A DNA stretch of 63,258 nucleotides, the filler included, from Saprolegnia diclina VS20 (taxonomy: Eukaryota): the NCBI RefSeq assembly GCF_000281045.1. It is 3 parts of 2 records of this genome, joined end to end, with 100 filler letters (N's around TTAATTAATTAA, not from the genome) between each part and the next. Parts side by side here need not be neighbours in the genome. Positions count along the whole stretch, not along the records: positions 28,443 to 60,367 come from NW_008246070.1; 2 more parts are not named here. One strand, 5' to 3'. The notes beneath the pieces are model-generated. The model was not told where the DNA came from and made no database searches. It saw nothing but the letters and a program-made list of their open reading frames with translations. Numbering within the stretch: position 1 is the stretch's first letter; each line of letters starts with the position of its first letter. Positions 32,301 to 49,200 of the stretch are shown here, one piece after another. The position numbers were made by a program, and so were the translations under genes.

Positions 32301-34683
32301 GCAGCAGGTCGCCGCGCGTATTCGCATGTACCTCCAGGGACAACACGGTGATGTTGGAAATATGCAAGTGGGACGGTCGGGGCACGGCAGGCTGCGTCGT
32401 CCCCGACAAGGTCTGCGTCGACGACTACATATCATTGGTGCACGTGCAAAAGGAGGTAATATCCAGCGTACATGTGGGGATGCGCCTTGGGTACTCGCTT
32501 GCAGCTCAGCCAACGTCGGGGGGAGTCGAAGGGGTGTACGTCGTCGTCGCACACGCTGCTACTCGCGCAGCATCAAGCATTTTGCTTGGATGGAGAGAGG
32601 GGTACATGCAAAGACGAGCTCTCCTTTTGAAGCGACTGGAGCGTTGGAGTGCTAACGCTCGGAAAGGGCGGCAAGTGGTCAATACCAGGCTTCGGAAAGG
32701 CGCAGCGCTGGCCCGCAAAGACCACCGGCTTCTCCGGTACGTCGGACGCGACGCTGTAGTGCACGCTCGGCGTCGTCTAAGATTGTCACCATGAGACCTA
32801 TGGCATCGACGTCACGTTACCGAGGGTGGGAGGGGAAGGAGGTCGTGAAGCGACGGCGGGGGCACTGCGTACTGCCACGTGTGGCGAATCAGCCGCTGGC
32901 TCGGCATAGGCTGCGTCGCCTCGACGTCCATACTGACATCCACTTGGGATTGTTCCTACAGCAACGTGAGGTGAGATGGGACAGGGAACTGTCGTCTGCA
33001 CCGGCGACTGCGTCACCCGGGGCGCGCCGAGCTCGTGGATCGAGCACTGCGATTCGCAAATGGACTGGTCGCGCTCCCACCACGCAGTTGATGACTCTGT
33101 CTCGTCGACCATGTTGTCCTCCGGTGCGTCGAGAGGCTCTTCTTGGGAGAAAGCGCGCTCGTACGCTCTCTGCGAGTCCAAGATGGCCCGCGCGTGGAGC
33201 GCTTCTTCCGACATTTCGTCATCGGTCGCGTCGCCGTCGTCAGCGCTAACGTCGCCGCCGTCGATTTCGTCGCACTCGTTCTTCCGGGCTTCTTGGAGAC
33301 GCGAGAGCAGCAAAAGCAGCTCGTCCGACGCCTTGTCCACGACAGGATTGTCTTCGTCTCTCTCTTCCATTTGGCTGTACGCAAACGTCGAGTCGTCGAG
33401 GCCCCCCGAGAAGTCGCCCTCGCTCTCACTCCGGATCTTTCCAAGTGTAAGAATTAAGGGCAACGAACGGAGGGGTACCGAGGTGTCGAGCGCCGACGTT
33501 GTCTGCGCGAGGATCTCGTTTAATGAGGCCCACATGCGCCGGGTAAAATGCGACTGGGACAATGGGCCTGGCATCTCCGTCCCGTCGGGCGACGCCCTCT
33601 GATGCTGCTCGTGGCGCGGAATACTTGGCGCCGTCTCGGGGGTCGCGGCCAGGCCTTGGTCCCGCCGGCGCTGCTTCTCTTCCTACAAGCGCCATACAAC
33701 TAACGCTAAGAATGGGCAATACGAGACCTCCCAGAGCGTCGAGAGCGACGGGACGTAGCACGCGTCGGCCGCGCCGTTGATATAGTGAGGGTTCAAAATG
33801 TTCTTGCACGATACGTCGGCTTCGAGCGCGCAGCTGCTTTGGCGGATCGGCCAGTCCATCGTGGGTCCTTCCCGCGTCCGAAACTACAGACGATGGTTAG
33901 TGTCCACGTCCCAGAAGGGGGGCAGTGCGCCGTACGGTTGCATTGCGCACGCGGAGGTAGTTCATGCCTTCGATATGGTAGTCGGCAAACATCTAGCCAT
34001 GGATCGGTCGGCTTGGCGCGTCGAGTGAGAGAGTTTGCCTGGAGCAAGTACGGGATGTGGGCTTCGTACGGCTGAAAGACACGGCTCGCGACAAGACCGC
34101 TCTCGACGACTTGAACTATCCGACTCGTTTTGGCCGGGTCGTAGTAGAAAACCTTGACGAAGAACTCCTCGGCTGCATGGTACCCGTAGAACGGAATGCC
34201 CTTGACGATCACAAGCTATGCATGTGTGAGTCAATGTAGCGAGGCGAGAATCGACCTTGGCGATGGACGGCGGAATGGGACCTTTCGCCTTTGTCTTGGG
34301 CGCACCGCTTTCTTGCGCTGTCGCGAGCGTCCGGAGACCGGCTTCGATGTCCCGGCCGATCGTCGGCAGCAGCGCCATGAGGCTCTCGATATCGTCGAAC
34401 GCTGGGTCCTTCTCGCAGCGCATGTAAAAGTACGGGAACACCTGCATGCGGCTGGATGAGCGCCGGTCATTACCATGGTACGCACCCCGTGAACGTGCAG
34501 ACAGCACTTGGGACCCTCTGGCGTCGCGCCAAAGACGCGGACGACGGGCACGACCCGCGCGCGCTCGTAGCAAGGACCTTCGGGCAGCGCATGCGCCGCT
34601 CTCGGAGGCAGCGGCTTGGCGAGGTAGTAGGAGACGTCGATGACCTCGACCCGGAGCAGCCCTGCGTCTTGCGATCCCACCAT
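29376..34683 (-). CDS. REV3: DNA polymerase zeta catalytic subunit (multi-exon)
   Basis: PolB motifs VLDFQ|SLYPS, KMIANVTYGYTAASFSGRMPC, YGDTDSLFV, KKRYVG, KGIETIRRD. REV3-typical SRGSQYRVE and LHVHG..PYFY/YEAHIPY. C-terminal CysA/CysB clusters. Confidence 0.95.
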
Positions 34684-35680
34684 GGCTTCCGGCGTGCAAC
34701 GGCGTTCCAGTCTATTTCCGTCGATTGGCATACACTATTTCATTGGCAAAGGCGCGCAGAGCGAGCAACACTCTTTCCCGCGCTTGTGTCGTTGTGGTCG
34801 TCACCAGAGACGTTGATAGAACTATGGAGATAGCGCTGCGGTCTGCGTCACCAAGGGCAACGTCGTGCTATGAACCGGTGACGAGCGCGACGGTCGCGGG
34901 GTGAGCCTTGGGCTGGTATGAGCAGCATAATTCGCTGCTTCTATGGGTGCATTCAAGCCTATCGCTCGTGATGAGGACGACAGAATCTGGTTATCGTAAT
35001 GTCATATTCGTGTGTGAGTCGGCCTGAAGGACCCGCGCGGTAGTTGCTTCGGGACTTCTGGTTGGGACTTTAACCTACTAAACATCGACTATTAAAGCGT
35101 TAAACGTACTCGTTCTACTAAACAAGGACATTCCACCTGAAACAAGGTTTCGCGCGTTGTACGGCATCCTCGTTCAAAAATGCAATACAAAATCGCAATA
35201 CAAAATGACTCATCTGGCTACATGCCGAAAACAAGCTGTCGATGGTATTGGATGTGGGAGGTTTTTTATCAAAACGTCTAAAACGTAGATCCCACAGGCA
35301 CAATCCCATGATGTGCTACTGACTTGGGAGCTGTCTTGGGCTCCGCAGAGGAGGCGACGAAGGCCCGGCTAGGATGAAGATTCGCAGCCACCAGGGAGAT
35401 GCGCGAGAATCTGCCAGCATCGCAGCCACTCACGTGCCGGTGTTCGGCAGGGTGGAAGCCGGCGCAGATGCTTCCTGCCCATCGGCGTCCCGCGTCCGGC
35501 GAGATGGTTGGTGATGGTGTCAGGCTTGAAGTTGCCTGCGTCTGTTTGTAACTCGACCCGAGCCTTCAGCGAGATTCAGCGCATCCCTGACGGCTACTCG
35601 GGCCCTCGCGCCAGCGGTCGCGATTACAAATCGGGCATGTGTATTAGATATCGAAAATTCATAGATAGAGGACGGACAGC

Positions 35681-36145
35681 TCACGGTGCCGGCGGCTTCT
35701 TCATCGCAATGACCGCGTAAAACATCATGAGCAGCAGCATGCACGCAAACGACACAAACATCGATATGACAAACCGACGCTGGTTCTCGAGGCGGTCCTT
35801 GTCGAGCTCCTGGATCGAGCGCGGCGGTTCAATCGCAAGGTCCGGTCGCACCTTGTACAGCTCTTCCTTTTCGACCAGCGAGAGACGCCGGCACTCGCCT
35901 CGGCGCGATGACTCGGCGTCGTTGATCTCGACGCACACGGAAAACTCGACGCTGCTCTTCTTGCGCACGAGCGGTCGGCGAGGGATCGGCGACCGGTAAA
36001 TGCTTGCGGGCGGCGGCGGGCTCGGCGTCTTGGGCGGCTTTTGCAGCGGACGCAAGGGCTGAGGTTTCCTCGGGCCTGCGTTGATCGTGCCGTACGTCTC
36101 CATGCGCTGTGGCGCCTGCGGAAGCATGTGTTGGGACGCCGTCAT
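35681..36145 (-). CDS. Small Pro/basic protein with a single C-terminal TM helix (tail-anchored hypothetical)
   Basis: ATG at 36145; coding-like codon usage; FVISMFVSFACMLLLMMFYAVIAM followed by KKPPAP*. Confidence 0.7.
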   Translation of the reverse strand: MTASQHMLPQAPQRMETYGTINAGPRKPQPLRPLQKPPKTPSPPPPASIYRSPIPRRPLVRKKSSVEFSVCVEINDAESSRRGECRRLSLVEKEELYKVRPDLAIEPPRSIQELDKDRLENQRRFVISMFVSFACMLLLMMFYAVIAMKKPPAP

Positions 36146-36843
36146 GATGGTCGTCGTGGTCGTCGGGGTCTGGACCGCGGTCGACGTCGTGTGTATCTTT
36201 CTTATTCGCGACTGGCACTGTGCCGCGTGAGAATGGCGATCCGCTCTCCGGATAGACACCGTGATAGTCCGGATACGCTTCGGAACTGCAAGCATACATC
36301 TGCGACACAAAGCAACCAGTCTTTGTCCCAAAAACCCACGTGTAATTCGCTCCTCGCGCGCTTAAAACGGACTTTGTCCCGAAGGCGCCGAATACGCGAG
36401 AAGGTTCCCCGCGCAGAGTCGGCAGTGTCAATGACTTGATGCATAAGGACCCATTGCATGCGTCATCCATAGCAAAGAACGCACGTCACTGACGCACGTC
36501 GTGCGAACCAGCACCGTCCACTCAGCGCTCAGCGCTGGACTAGCGTTCCGTGATCATACCGCGCAATCTGATTTGGCAGCGCTGGAGTCGTCGCAAGAGA
36601 ATGAGCAAGGACCCATGATGATTGAAGTACACATGATCGAGCATCGTCGCCTGTAGAGACGAGCCGGACCCTCCATGATAACACGGTGGCGAGCAAAAGT
36701 GTGCATCGGGCAAAACGTTTTGCCTCATCTCGTATTGGGTGCGTTTTGGGACAAAGTATGTTTTAGCAACGGTCGGCACATTACTTGATCTGGCAATTCC
36801 TTGCACATACATTTTGCGCGGGCCCATCCACGCGACACTCGAT

Positions 36844-37969
36844 ATGAACGCGTACAAGACGGTCGAGAAGAAGTGGAAGCGCACGAAGCTCGCTACGGCC
36901 GAGGACCTCTACGGCGCCGACGGGGCTCGCATCGCGGAGGCCGCCGACCTCGTCGACGTCCAAGCGCTCACGCTTGCCCAGGCCGCATGGGTCGACCAGG
37001 TGGGCAGCTGCGCGATCTCCGCTGGCGCTACCTGCCCGATTTATGCGCTTCGGAAGCCAGGCGCTGTCGCAAACAACGATAGCGATGTACACGCAGGATT
37101 CTTTATCCTCCCAGGCGCGCTGGATGCAGCGACGCAACGCTTGCTTGCTGAGATGTGCTTGACCGAGTATGCCGAGGCGCCGCACACGACCAACTTGCAT
37201 CCACTGGGACAAAACGTGCGTCTTCTACAGGCATGACTGACGGGAGCTTGTACGTGCTCTTGTAGGTTGAAGGGATCTGGGCCAAGTCGACGTCGCGGGC
37301 GCCCGGGCAGCCCGACCCGATGGACAAGCTGCACTGGGCCGCCCTTGGGTACCATTATGATTGGACCAATCGCGCGTACCCGGATACGCCAGGGTCGGAG
37401 GTCCCAGCGCTATTGCAGAGCATTGGCGTCGCCTGTGCAAAGGCGGTGGGCCTCGACATCACTTCGGAGGCAGCGCTCGTCAACTACTACAAGGCGTCGT
37501 CGACGATGGGCGGGCACCAGGACAATGTGGAAGTCACGTTTGCGTACCCGGTTGTGTCGTTCTCGATCGGGTCGAGCGCCATCTTCCTCAAAGGCAAGCG
37601 GATACGGCATCGCGCTATCGAAAGCTCATGCGTTCACCAGGTGGATTGACCAAAGATGAGGCGCCGATCGAGATCTTACTTCGCAGCGGCGATGTTGTTG
37701 TTATGGGCGGCACTTCCCGCCTCTGCTTCCATGGTACGTTCTCACCGGTGACACTTGTGTGCTGAGAAAGACGCGACCTAGGCATTGCGAAGACACTGCC
37801 GACGACCAACCTACCCGCGTTCCCTCGGGAGCTCCCCAACAGTGATGCACTGTACCGGTCGATCGCCGCGTATGTACGCACGAACCGACTCAACATCAAC
37901 GTCCGACAGGTCTTTGAGCAAGCAACCAGCGAGGACCCGCCGCGGAAGCGCGTAAAAGCTGACGACTAA
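36844..37969 (+). CDS. AlkB-family Fe(II)/2-oxoglutarate dioxygenase, ALKBH1-like (about 4 exons)
   Basis: LHWAALGYHYDWT, EAALVNYY, MGGHQD (HxD), SFSIG, LRSGDVVVMGG..RLCFHG, RLNINVRQV. Confidence 0.9.
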
Positions 37970-38012
37970 AGACACATAGAACAATGCATTGACGCAACGA
38001 CGAGGACACGGG

Positions 38013-38669
38013 TTATGACGCGCCTTCAGCGAGCTTGGCCATGATTTCGTCGCAGTACGCTTGCATACGCTGCTTGTACTGTTTGACGTGCAGAATCGCA
38101 AGGTCTTCCTTCCCTTCTTTGCGCAGCTTGTCGAGAGCGTCGGCGCTGGAGAAGTCGACCTCGGTCTCCGTGTTGGTCTTGTCGTCGACGAGGCGCAGGT
38201 TCATATGCGTCATGTCCTTCTCATCGAGCATGACAAAAAGCTTTGGCTTGCCCTTGATGCCCATGTCGTCTGGGTCAATGGGCGACCCGCGTGCCGAGTA
38301 CGTGATCTCGCCCTCTTGACGCCGGCGGACAGTCGATGGCGTCCGGAGGCTTCGTCGTCGGCTTGGCGTCTCGATTTCGACGGGCTTGGACGGTGTGCTG
38401 TACTTGGAGATCGACATGTTGCGGATGCGGAGGCTCGATCGGCGCTCCGACGTGGGACCGGCTGCATCTAGGTTGCCATTGTATTTCTGCATGAACTCGT
38501 CGAGGGGCATGTTGAGGATGTTCTCGGGAAGCGTCATGAGGTCGCGGGCAAACTCGGTCTTCATGGCGGCGACATGCGTATCCACAAGCTTCTGCATCTT
38601 CCGACATCGCTCCTCGACCTGCTCGTCCAGCTCGTGCAGCTTCGTCTCGAGCAGGGCCTTGCGATCCAT
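38013..38669 (-). CDS. Borealin/CDCA8-like chromosomal passenger subunit
   Basis: N-terminal LHELDEQVEERCRKM...LMTLPENILNMPLDEF matches the Nbl1/Borealin-N pattern. TP sites and EGEITYSARGSPI resemble the Borealin SxxGSP motif. Confidence 0.7.
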   Translation of the reverse strand: MDRKALLETKLHELDEQVEERCRKMQKLVDTHVAAMKTEFARDLMTLPENILNMPLDEFMQKYNGNLDAAGPTSERRSSLRIRNMSISKYSTPSKPVEIETPSRRRSLRTPSTVRRRQEGEITYSARGSPIDPDDMGIKGKPKLFVMLDEKDMTHMNLRLVDDKTNTETEVDFSSADALDKLRKEGKEDLAILHVKQYKQRMQAYCDEIMAKLAEGAS

Positions 38670-39099
38670 GTTGGTCACCCCGTCCTACACCGTTTGAATT
38701 TCAAATGCCTGCCAAACCAATTCAATTCGGCATATGCCACACCAACCAATCCGCCGGTTTGAAAGGTGGCAACCTCGGTCGAAACCATGCGCTTCCCTCC
38801 GCTCTTCTTAGCACTGTCGCGAACCATTAACTATGGAGATGGATGTGAGACTGAGCGTGGCAAGGCGTGGGAACGCAGCGACACATTTAGCCGCCGTGAA
38901 GTACTGGCCAAGCCCTTCACGTGGCATATGCCATATTTAATCGCATCCGGATTGTTCCGCATACACGAGTTTCCCACCAAAAGCATATCCGGACCACAGA
39001 TTCAAATACAAAAACCAAATGGTTTTGCCTTGCCAACAAGAATATCCGGATACGCTTGGTCCATATTGGGCAGTCTCAAAACCGATCGAAATTGCCGCC

Positions 39100-43104
<4,005 letters not shown>

Positions 43105-43261
43105 ACCTGTTGCATTTTAACTTCATGCATCATCAGAGTGCTGACGGCAATAATTCATGGGTGCACCGCCTCGGATTGGCTGCCCCCTCAAAGAAACGAT
43201 TCCGATTGGCTAAAAATCAGAAGCAGCCTAACGTGTCCTCCAGTTTGCAACACCGTCCAGC

Positions 43262-46200
43262 ATGATCCAGCGCGCGCTCGCCCTCATGCTGCAGCGCCTC
43301 CTGGGCAAGTTCCTGTCCCTCGACGCGGCGCAGCTGGAGCTCAGCATCTGGGACGGCGACCTCACCTTCACCGACCTCCAGATGCGTCTGGCCGTCGGCC
43401 GCGGCAAGGTCGGGGCGCTCCAGGTGCAGATCCCGTGGCGCTCGCTGTGGAGCCAGCCCGTCGTCGTCAAGGCGCAGAATATCCGCATCTACGCGCACGC
43501 CATGTCGACGTCGAATGAGCCGGCGACCGAAGCCCAAGTCGCGGCGAGCGAAGAGCAGGACAAGACGTACCTCTCCACACTGCTCGCTTGCATCATCAGC
43601 AACGTCCAGATCGAGCTCGAAGACATCGAAGTGCGCTACGAGTGCTTAGAAGACTCGGTCGAAAAGGTGTGCTATCCGCTTGTCCGTGACTGCTAACGCC
43701 TGAATAGACGCCCGGCTACGTCGTCTGCGCCATCGAGCGCGTCCTGCTGCAAAACACGGACGGCAACTGGGTCCCGTCCTTTATCGATCCTGCTGGCGGC
43801 GCCAAAGAGTCGCGCAAGGTACTCGTAATCTAATTGGATCCCGAGCTCATGTCGGTCTAGCGCCTCCAAGTGCAAGACATCTCGACGTACGTTGTCCCGT
43901 ATGCGCTGTACACGGATCCCACCAGTCTGATCGAAGACGACACGCGGTTCTACGTCTTCCACAACTGGTCGAGCGACGTCAAGGTACATGCGTCGGTCGC
44001 TCCATCGAGACTTTCTGCACGCAACACGTTCGTAGGCGACGTTGTCGTACCAAAGCGCCGGCGCAGCCATCCCCGACGTCGAGCTTGGCATCGTTTTGCA
44101 TCAGAGCTCCACCGTCACGCCATGCTCGACGTGCCGCAGTGTCTCGGTGCAACCGGACGTGCTTACCTTCCATCTCGAAAGCGTTCACGTGGACGTGCTC
44201 TGCGCCGTTCTCAACGAAGTCAAGGCGCCGTACGACCACTACGACAAGCTTACAGAGCTCACGGCATCGGCGCAGCAGAACCAGGGCTTTGTCGCGGTGC
44301 TGACGTACGCCAAGCAGTGGCTGTTGGCCGACGTCGAGCCGATTGCGCCGAAAACAAGTCATGGTAGTGACAGTGACGACGACGACGACGACTTTCAGGA
44401 CGCCGTGTCGCCGCCCAGCCTCACTATTGCTGTCGAAATCACGCCGCCCGTCCACCTCTCGATCTTTCCCCGCTCCGAGAACGTGCACGGTACGTTGACT
44501 CTAGTACGTTGATGTATGAACGCATGTGTAGACGAGTACGACTACTCGACGGAGCGGACGCACTGGATCCTTGCCATCGACGGCACGCGGGTGCTCTGGC
44601 GGCAGAGCTGCGTCGAGAGCGAAGTTCAAGTAGCCATGCACGCGATCTCGCTCCAAGAATTTGACCCATCAACGGCGGTCCAAAGTCTCTTGCACGTCGA
44701 CCGGACGTCCAACGCACCGTGGCTCGATGTGGTCTGCCGCGTCCCCGAGTACGAAAGCCGACTCGTGGGCGCGCAGATGTCGCTCTCGTGGCACATGGCC
44801 CACTCGATGCACTTCGTCGTCTCGGAGGCGTCGTGCTGGAAGTGGAACGAGCTCATCTCGCCCATGTGGCAGTGGTGGGACCGCTGGAGCTCGCTGTACC
44901 CAACGAAAGAAGTTGCGACGACAACGACGACGACGCTCGCCGCGGCGCCGCTCCCGCTCATTGACGTGGCAGTGCGGGCGCTTACGGTCGAGCTGTCCAT
45001 GGCTGACCCGCAGCCGTTTGTCTTTGGTTGTCATCTCGATGCGTTCCACGTGCGCACGACAGAGACCGACGCGTCGTTGACATCGGCCGTGTCGTGGGCC
45101 GGCATGCATCTCTACTCGTCGTCGAATGCGCTTCGCCACGACATGTGGGCCTGTCCCAGCACCTCCATCACGCTTACGAGCCCGACGCGGTCGGCGTGGC
45201 AGCCGTCGGCACACCAGTGTACGCACAGCTTCGTGTCGGGGCCAAGCATGCCCGTGGCGGCCGTGAAACCCACGGGCTTTGGCGCGCACTTTTGCACGAG
45301 CGCCGAGGAGATGTACTTCTACACGCTCAAAGCATCGCTGCCAGCGATGGCGATCGAAGTGACGCAGGACGAGTTCCGGCACGTGCACGTGCTCTTGGGC
45401 AAGTGGACAGGCGGATCAGACGCGACGCTGTCGCCGCAGTCGTCGCCGCACTGCACGTGGATCCCAACGCAGTACGCACAGTGGGCAATCGAGTGCCACG
45501 TTCCGTCGCTGGCGCTCACGACGCTCGACAGTGGCGGCGTCCCATGGGGTCGAGTGGCCATCACCGAGTGCTCTCTTTCGTCGCACGTGTGCTCGAGTCT
45601 TTCGCACGTTTCGTGCAGCATCGAGTCGCTCCTCGTCCTCGACGTCCAGTCTTCGAAAGCGATGCTCCGGCTAGCGTCGTCCACGTCCATCGACGCGGTG
45701 TCATGCCCGCGGTCCGGCTTTGCATTCTCGGACAAGATGACGCTGCACGGCCTCGCGCTCAGCCTGTTGCATTTGCAAACACGCCACGTCGAAGCGGCGC
45801 TGTACCTTCCGTTTCTGAGCCACCTCACCGAGTGGCTTGCCATGGGCGAGCTCCACGCGTCACTTGCGGCGGGCCACGGCGCACCGCACTCGCCGATGCC
45901 GACGCTCCCAGCGGTATGGACGCCGCGGGACTCGATCCACAACACGTGGCAGGTCCACGTGTGGCTCGAGCACGGCCTCCGCGTCGACTTGTTCCATGCA
46001 AACGATGGCACGCACGACGGCTGCGTGCGCTGTGACGGGTCGACGTCATCGCTGCTCGGGACGATCACCGCTTCGCACGCAGCGTGGAGCAGCTTTGGCT
46101 ACGAGCCGTACTGCGACGTGACGACTGACGTGCGCGGTACGCTCAAGCAGCTCGTGTTGACGGACCAAACCCACTCTCTGCTGCCTACGCCCGACACTAT

Positions 46201-49200
46201 GCGGCACCGCGACGTTATTGGCGCTGACGGTGACGCGCCACAGCACGTGGACTTTCGGTTCTTTGCGACCCACGACGACGAGACACGCGGCAAAATGTGG
46301 ACGGTTCTCCAGCTGCGCTTGGACGCGGTCGCGATTTGGTATCTGCACCGTGTCTACAAGCAGTTTAGCCACTACTTGCGCGACGTCGTCTTGCCCAAGC
46401 TGCTCTGGGCGCCATTGAGTCTGGAGCAGCGCCGCGCCGTGTATCTGTGGCACGGCGACGAGCTCGACGAAGACGACGATACCGGCTTTGTCCCGGTGGC
46501 CCCCGAAGTCAACACTGAGTTTCGCCTCGAGATGGTCGCGCACGACCTGCAATTTGCGCTCCCGAAAAACTCGTTCTCACAAGACGTGATCTGGCTCAAG
46601 AGCGCCAACGGATCGCTCACGACCGTGCACGCGGCCGGGTCGCCCTCCAACTTTGTGCAAACAGGGCTCTTTGTCGACGAAGAAGACGGACCTGGCGCGA
46701 TGGACGTGGCGCCACGCGGTGCGTCGTCGGCGTCGCGCCTCCAAGAGCTGCGGCGTCGAGAGCTCCGAAATCTCCGACGCCTCGTCAAGAGCCAGCGCGC
46801 GCAGCTGCTCGTGAGCCGCGGCCAACTTCTCGCGGACCACAAGACAGCGCTGCGGCAAAAGCACCACTACATGCACCAGGGCGGGCTCGACGCCGAGTCG
46901 GTCGTGATCGTGTCCCAAGCTAACCAAGCTTGCGAGATTCTCAGTGCGAAGTTCGAGGCCGTCGAAGAGAACCTCGCGTCCCTTCAGACGCACCTTGCAT
47001 TTCTCGAGTCGGAGATCGAAGCCACGCGGAGCGTCGACGTATTCTGCCCTCACCGTCGAAATCCCGCCGACTCATGAGATTGTAGGAGGAAGCGGGGCAC
47101 GAGCGCATACGCAATGGCCGGTACCGAAGCCACTCGATCGAAGCGATTGAAGAGTCGGTGTCGAGCATGCCGCAGTACGCTGCGGGGTCGCTCTTTGGCG
47201 CCGAAGACGCGGCCTTTCACGACGCCACGGAAGACGCGCCGACGTCGCATTTACCGTGGCTGGCGATCGAGCTCATTGGTCTCAGCGGTGTTTCGGCGCA
47301 CGGCAGTATGTTTGAGCACGCCATTTGCTCGCTCACGGTCGACTACAAGGTACGATCCTTCGTCGCTCGAAGCGCTGGCTCGACCCAAACGGGGTAGGAC
47401 CAATTCAAGCGCGTCCATGAACGTCTTTTCAACTACCCGATCCTGGTCGTCAGCGTGCTTCTGAACGAGTGGAGTCTGCGCCTTTCCGAGATGCAGTACG
47501 CGGCGCTCATTGGCCTCATCAAGGAGAACGTCAAGGAAGCCAACAGCGTCGTCAACGAAGACACGTGGCCGCTCTGCGCCACCTGCGGCGGCTTCCACGT
47601 TGACGCTGACGGCTGCGACGTCGAGTGGCTGCGCGTGCCTGTTCGGGTCGTCGACGCCTCGTTGACGCTGGCGAAAGCACTGCAAGGTCCCGAGATGTCG
47701 TCAACGCTGCGCTTTGAAGAGCTCCGGATGCTCGTGACGATGCGCACGAGCGACGTTATGGACATCCACGTCGGCACCGAGGCGCTCTCAATCGTCGACG
47801 ACGCGGGCCAAGAGGTCGTGCGGCCGATGCAAGCGTTTGCCGAGGCGTCCGAGCCGCAAGTGTCGATCCACGCGCAGACGAATTGGACCGACGGCGTGTA
47901 CACGATCCACGTCTGTCGGTCGCACGTCCTCGTCGTGCCGTCGTCGCTCGCTATGCTCAGCAACTTCTTCTCGTGGCCATTCTGGGCCGAGACGCCTTCG
48001 AGTGAGCTCGGCTTTGTCGCGCCGCCGCTCTTTGAGTGGAAGCTCATGGAAGTGCACGTGGTCTTTGAGAAGCAGAGCTGCTTTTACCTCTTGGAGGACC
48101 TTGCCGTGCCCACGACACGGTACGTCTATACAATTACCAAACGACGAGGATCTCATCGGGTGGTAGAACCCTTGTGCTCATGGCCGAAGTCCTTTTCGAG
48201 TACACGATGACGCAAGACGTAGACGCGCAGACAAGCACGACCAAGATGGATCTGACGGTCGAGCAGCGCGGGTTTTACTTTTCGTCGCTGCCCGATTTGC
48301 ATATTGACGTCGACTTTCCGCTCATGAACCCGTTCACGCTGCAGATGATGCACCTCATGCAGTACATGGCGCCGACGAACAAGCCCGATTTGGACGCGAC
48401 GCAGCGCAACGCGATCTCGCTCCACGCCGACAAGAGCGCAGCGGTCGTGCAGCCCGTCGAAGCGCGGCTCTCGATTCAGGACTTTACGCTCCTTGGCAAC
48501 ATCTTCCACACGTACGCGACGACGTCGGTGGCCACGGCGCACTGTGGCCCGGTGTTGGCGTATCTCGACGTGCCGCCGCGGCTCCTCAACGACCGGCTGC
48601 TCGCCGACATTGGCGCGATGCGCGTCGTGCTGGTCAACAACAGCCTCGGAGTGCCGATCGCAGACCTCGTCATGTCAGAGATCGAGTGCCAGTACGAAGC
48701 ACTCCTTGACGACGGCGCGTCGATGAGCGTCGGTGGAATTCTGCACTGCAACTACTTTAACAACAGCATTTACCGCTGGGAGCCGCTCATCGAGCCGTTC
48801 GAAGTCCAGAGCATCAGCGCGATGGCCGAGACGATGGACGTCAAAGTCAACTTGCCGTTTACGCTCAACGTCAACATGACGCCGGCGATGGCGCCGCTCT
48901 TGTCGATGGAAGCGCTGCACACGATGGACGCGGTCACGACGGGCGAGAAGGTCACGACGCCCTTCTGGCTCCAAAACAGCCTCGGGAGCGACATCAAGTT
49001 TAGCTTTGCGCACGGCCAGTCGTTCATTCAGAAGACAGTCTCGCACCAAGAGGTCGTCCCGATCGACTGCCGCGACAAGAGCACGCATCTTCGGACCTTT
49101 GACAAGGCGTCCGAAGTCGACTCGCTCATCTTCCACAAGTCGAACCTCACGGCCAGCCACTCGCTGTATATCAAGTTGATACAACTGGATACTCATAAAG

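Noticed and set aside
29376..34683. Family-B polymerase as a sign of a Polinton or virus
   Set aside because: Intron-rich, with REV3-specific motifs and CysA/CysB clusters; no integrase, capsid or TIRs.
34700..35680. About 1 kb intergenic stretch checked for ncRNA or small genes
   Set aside because: No tRNA or snRNA-like pattern or convincing coding signal seen by eye.
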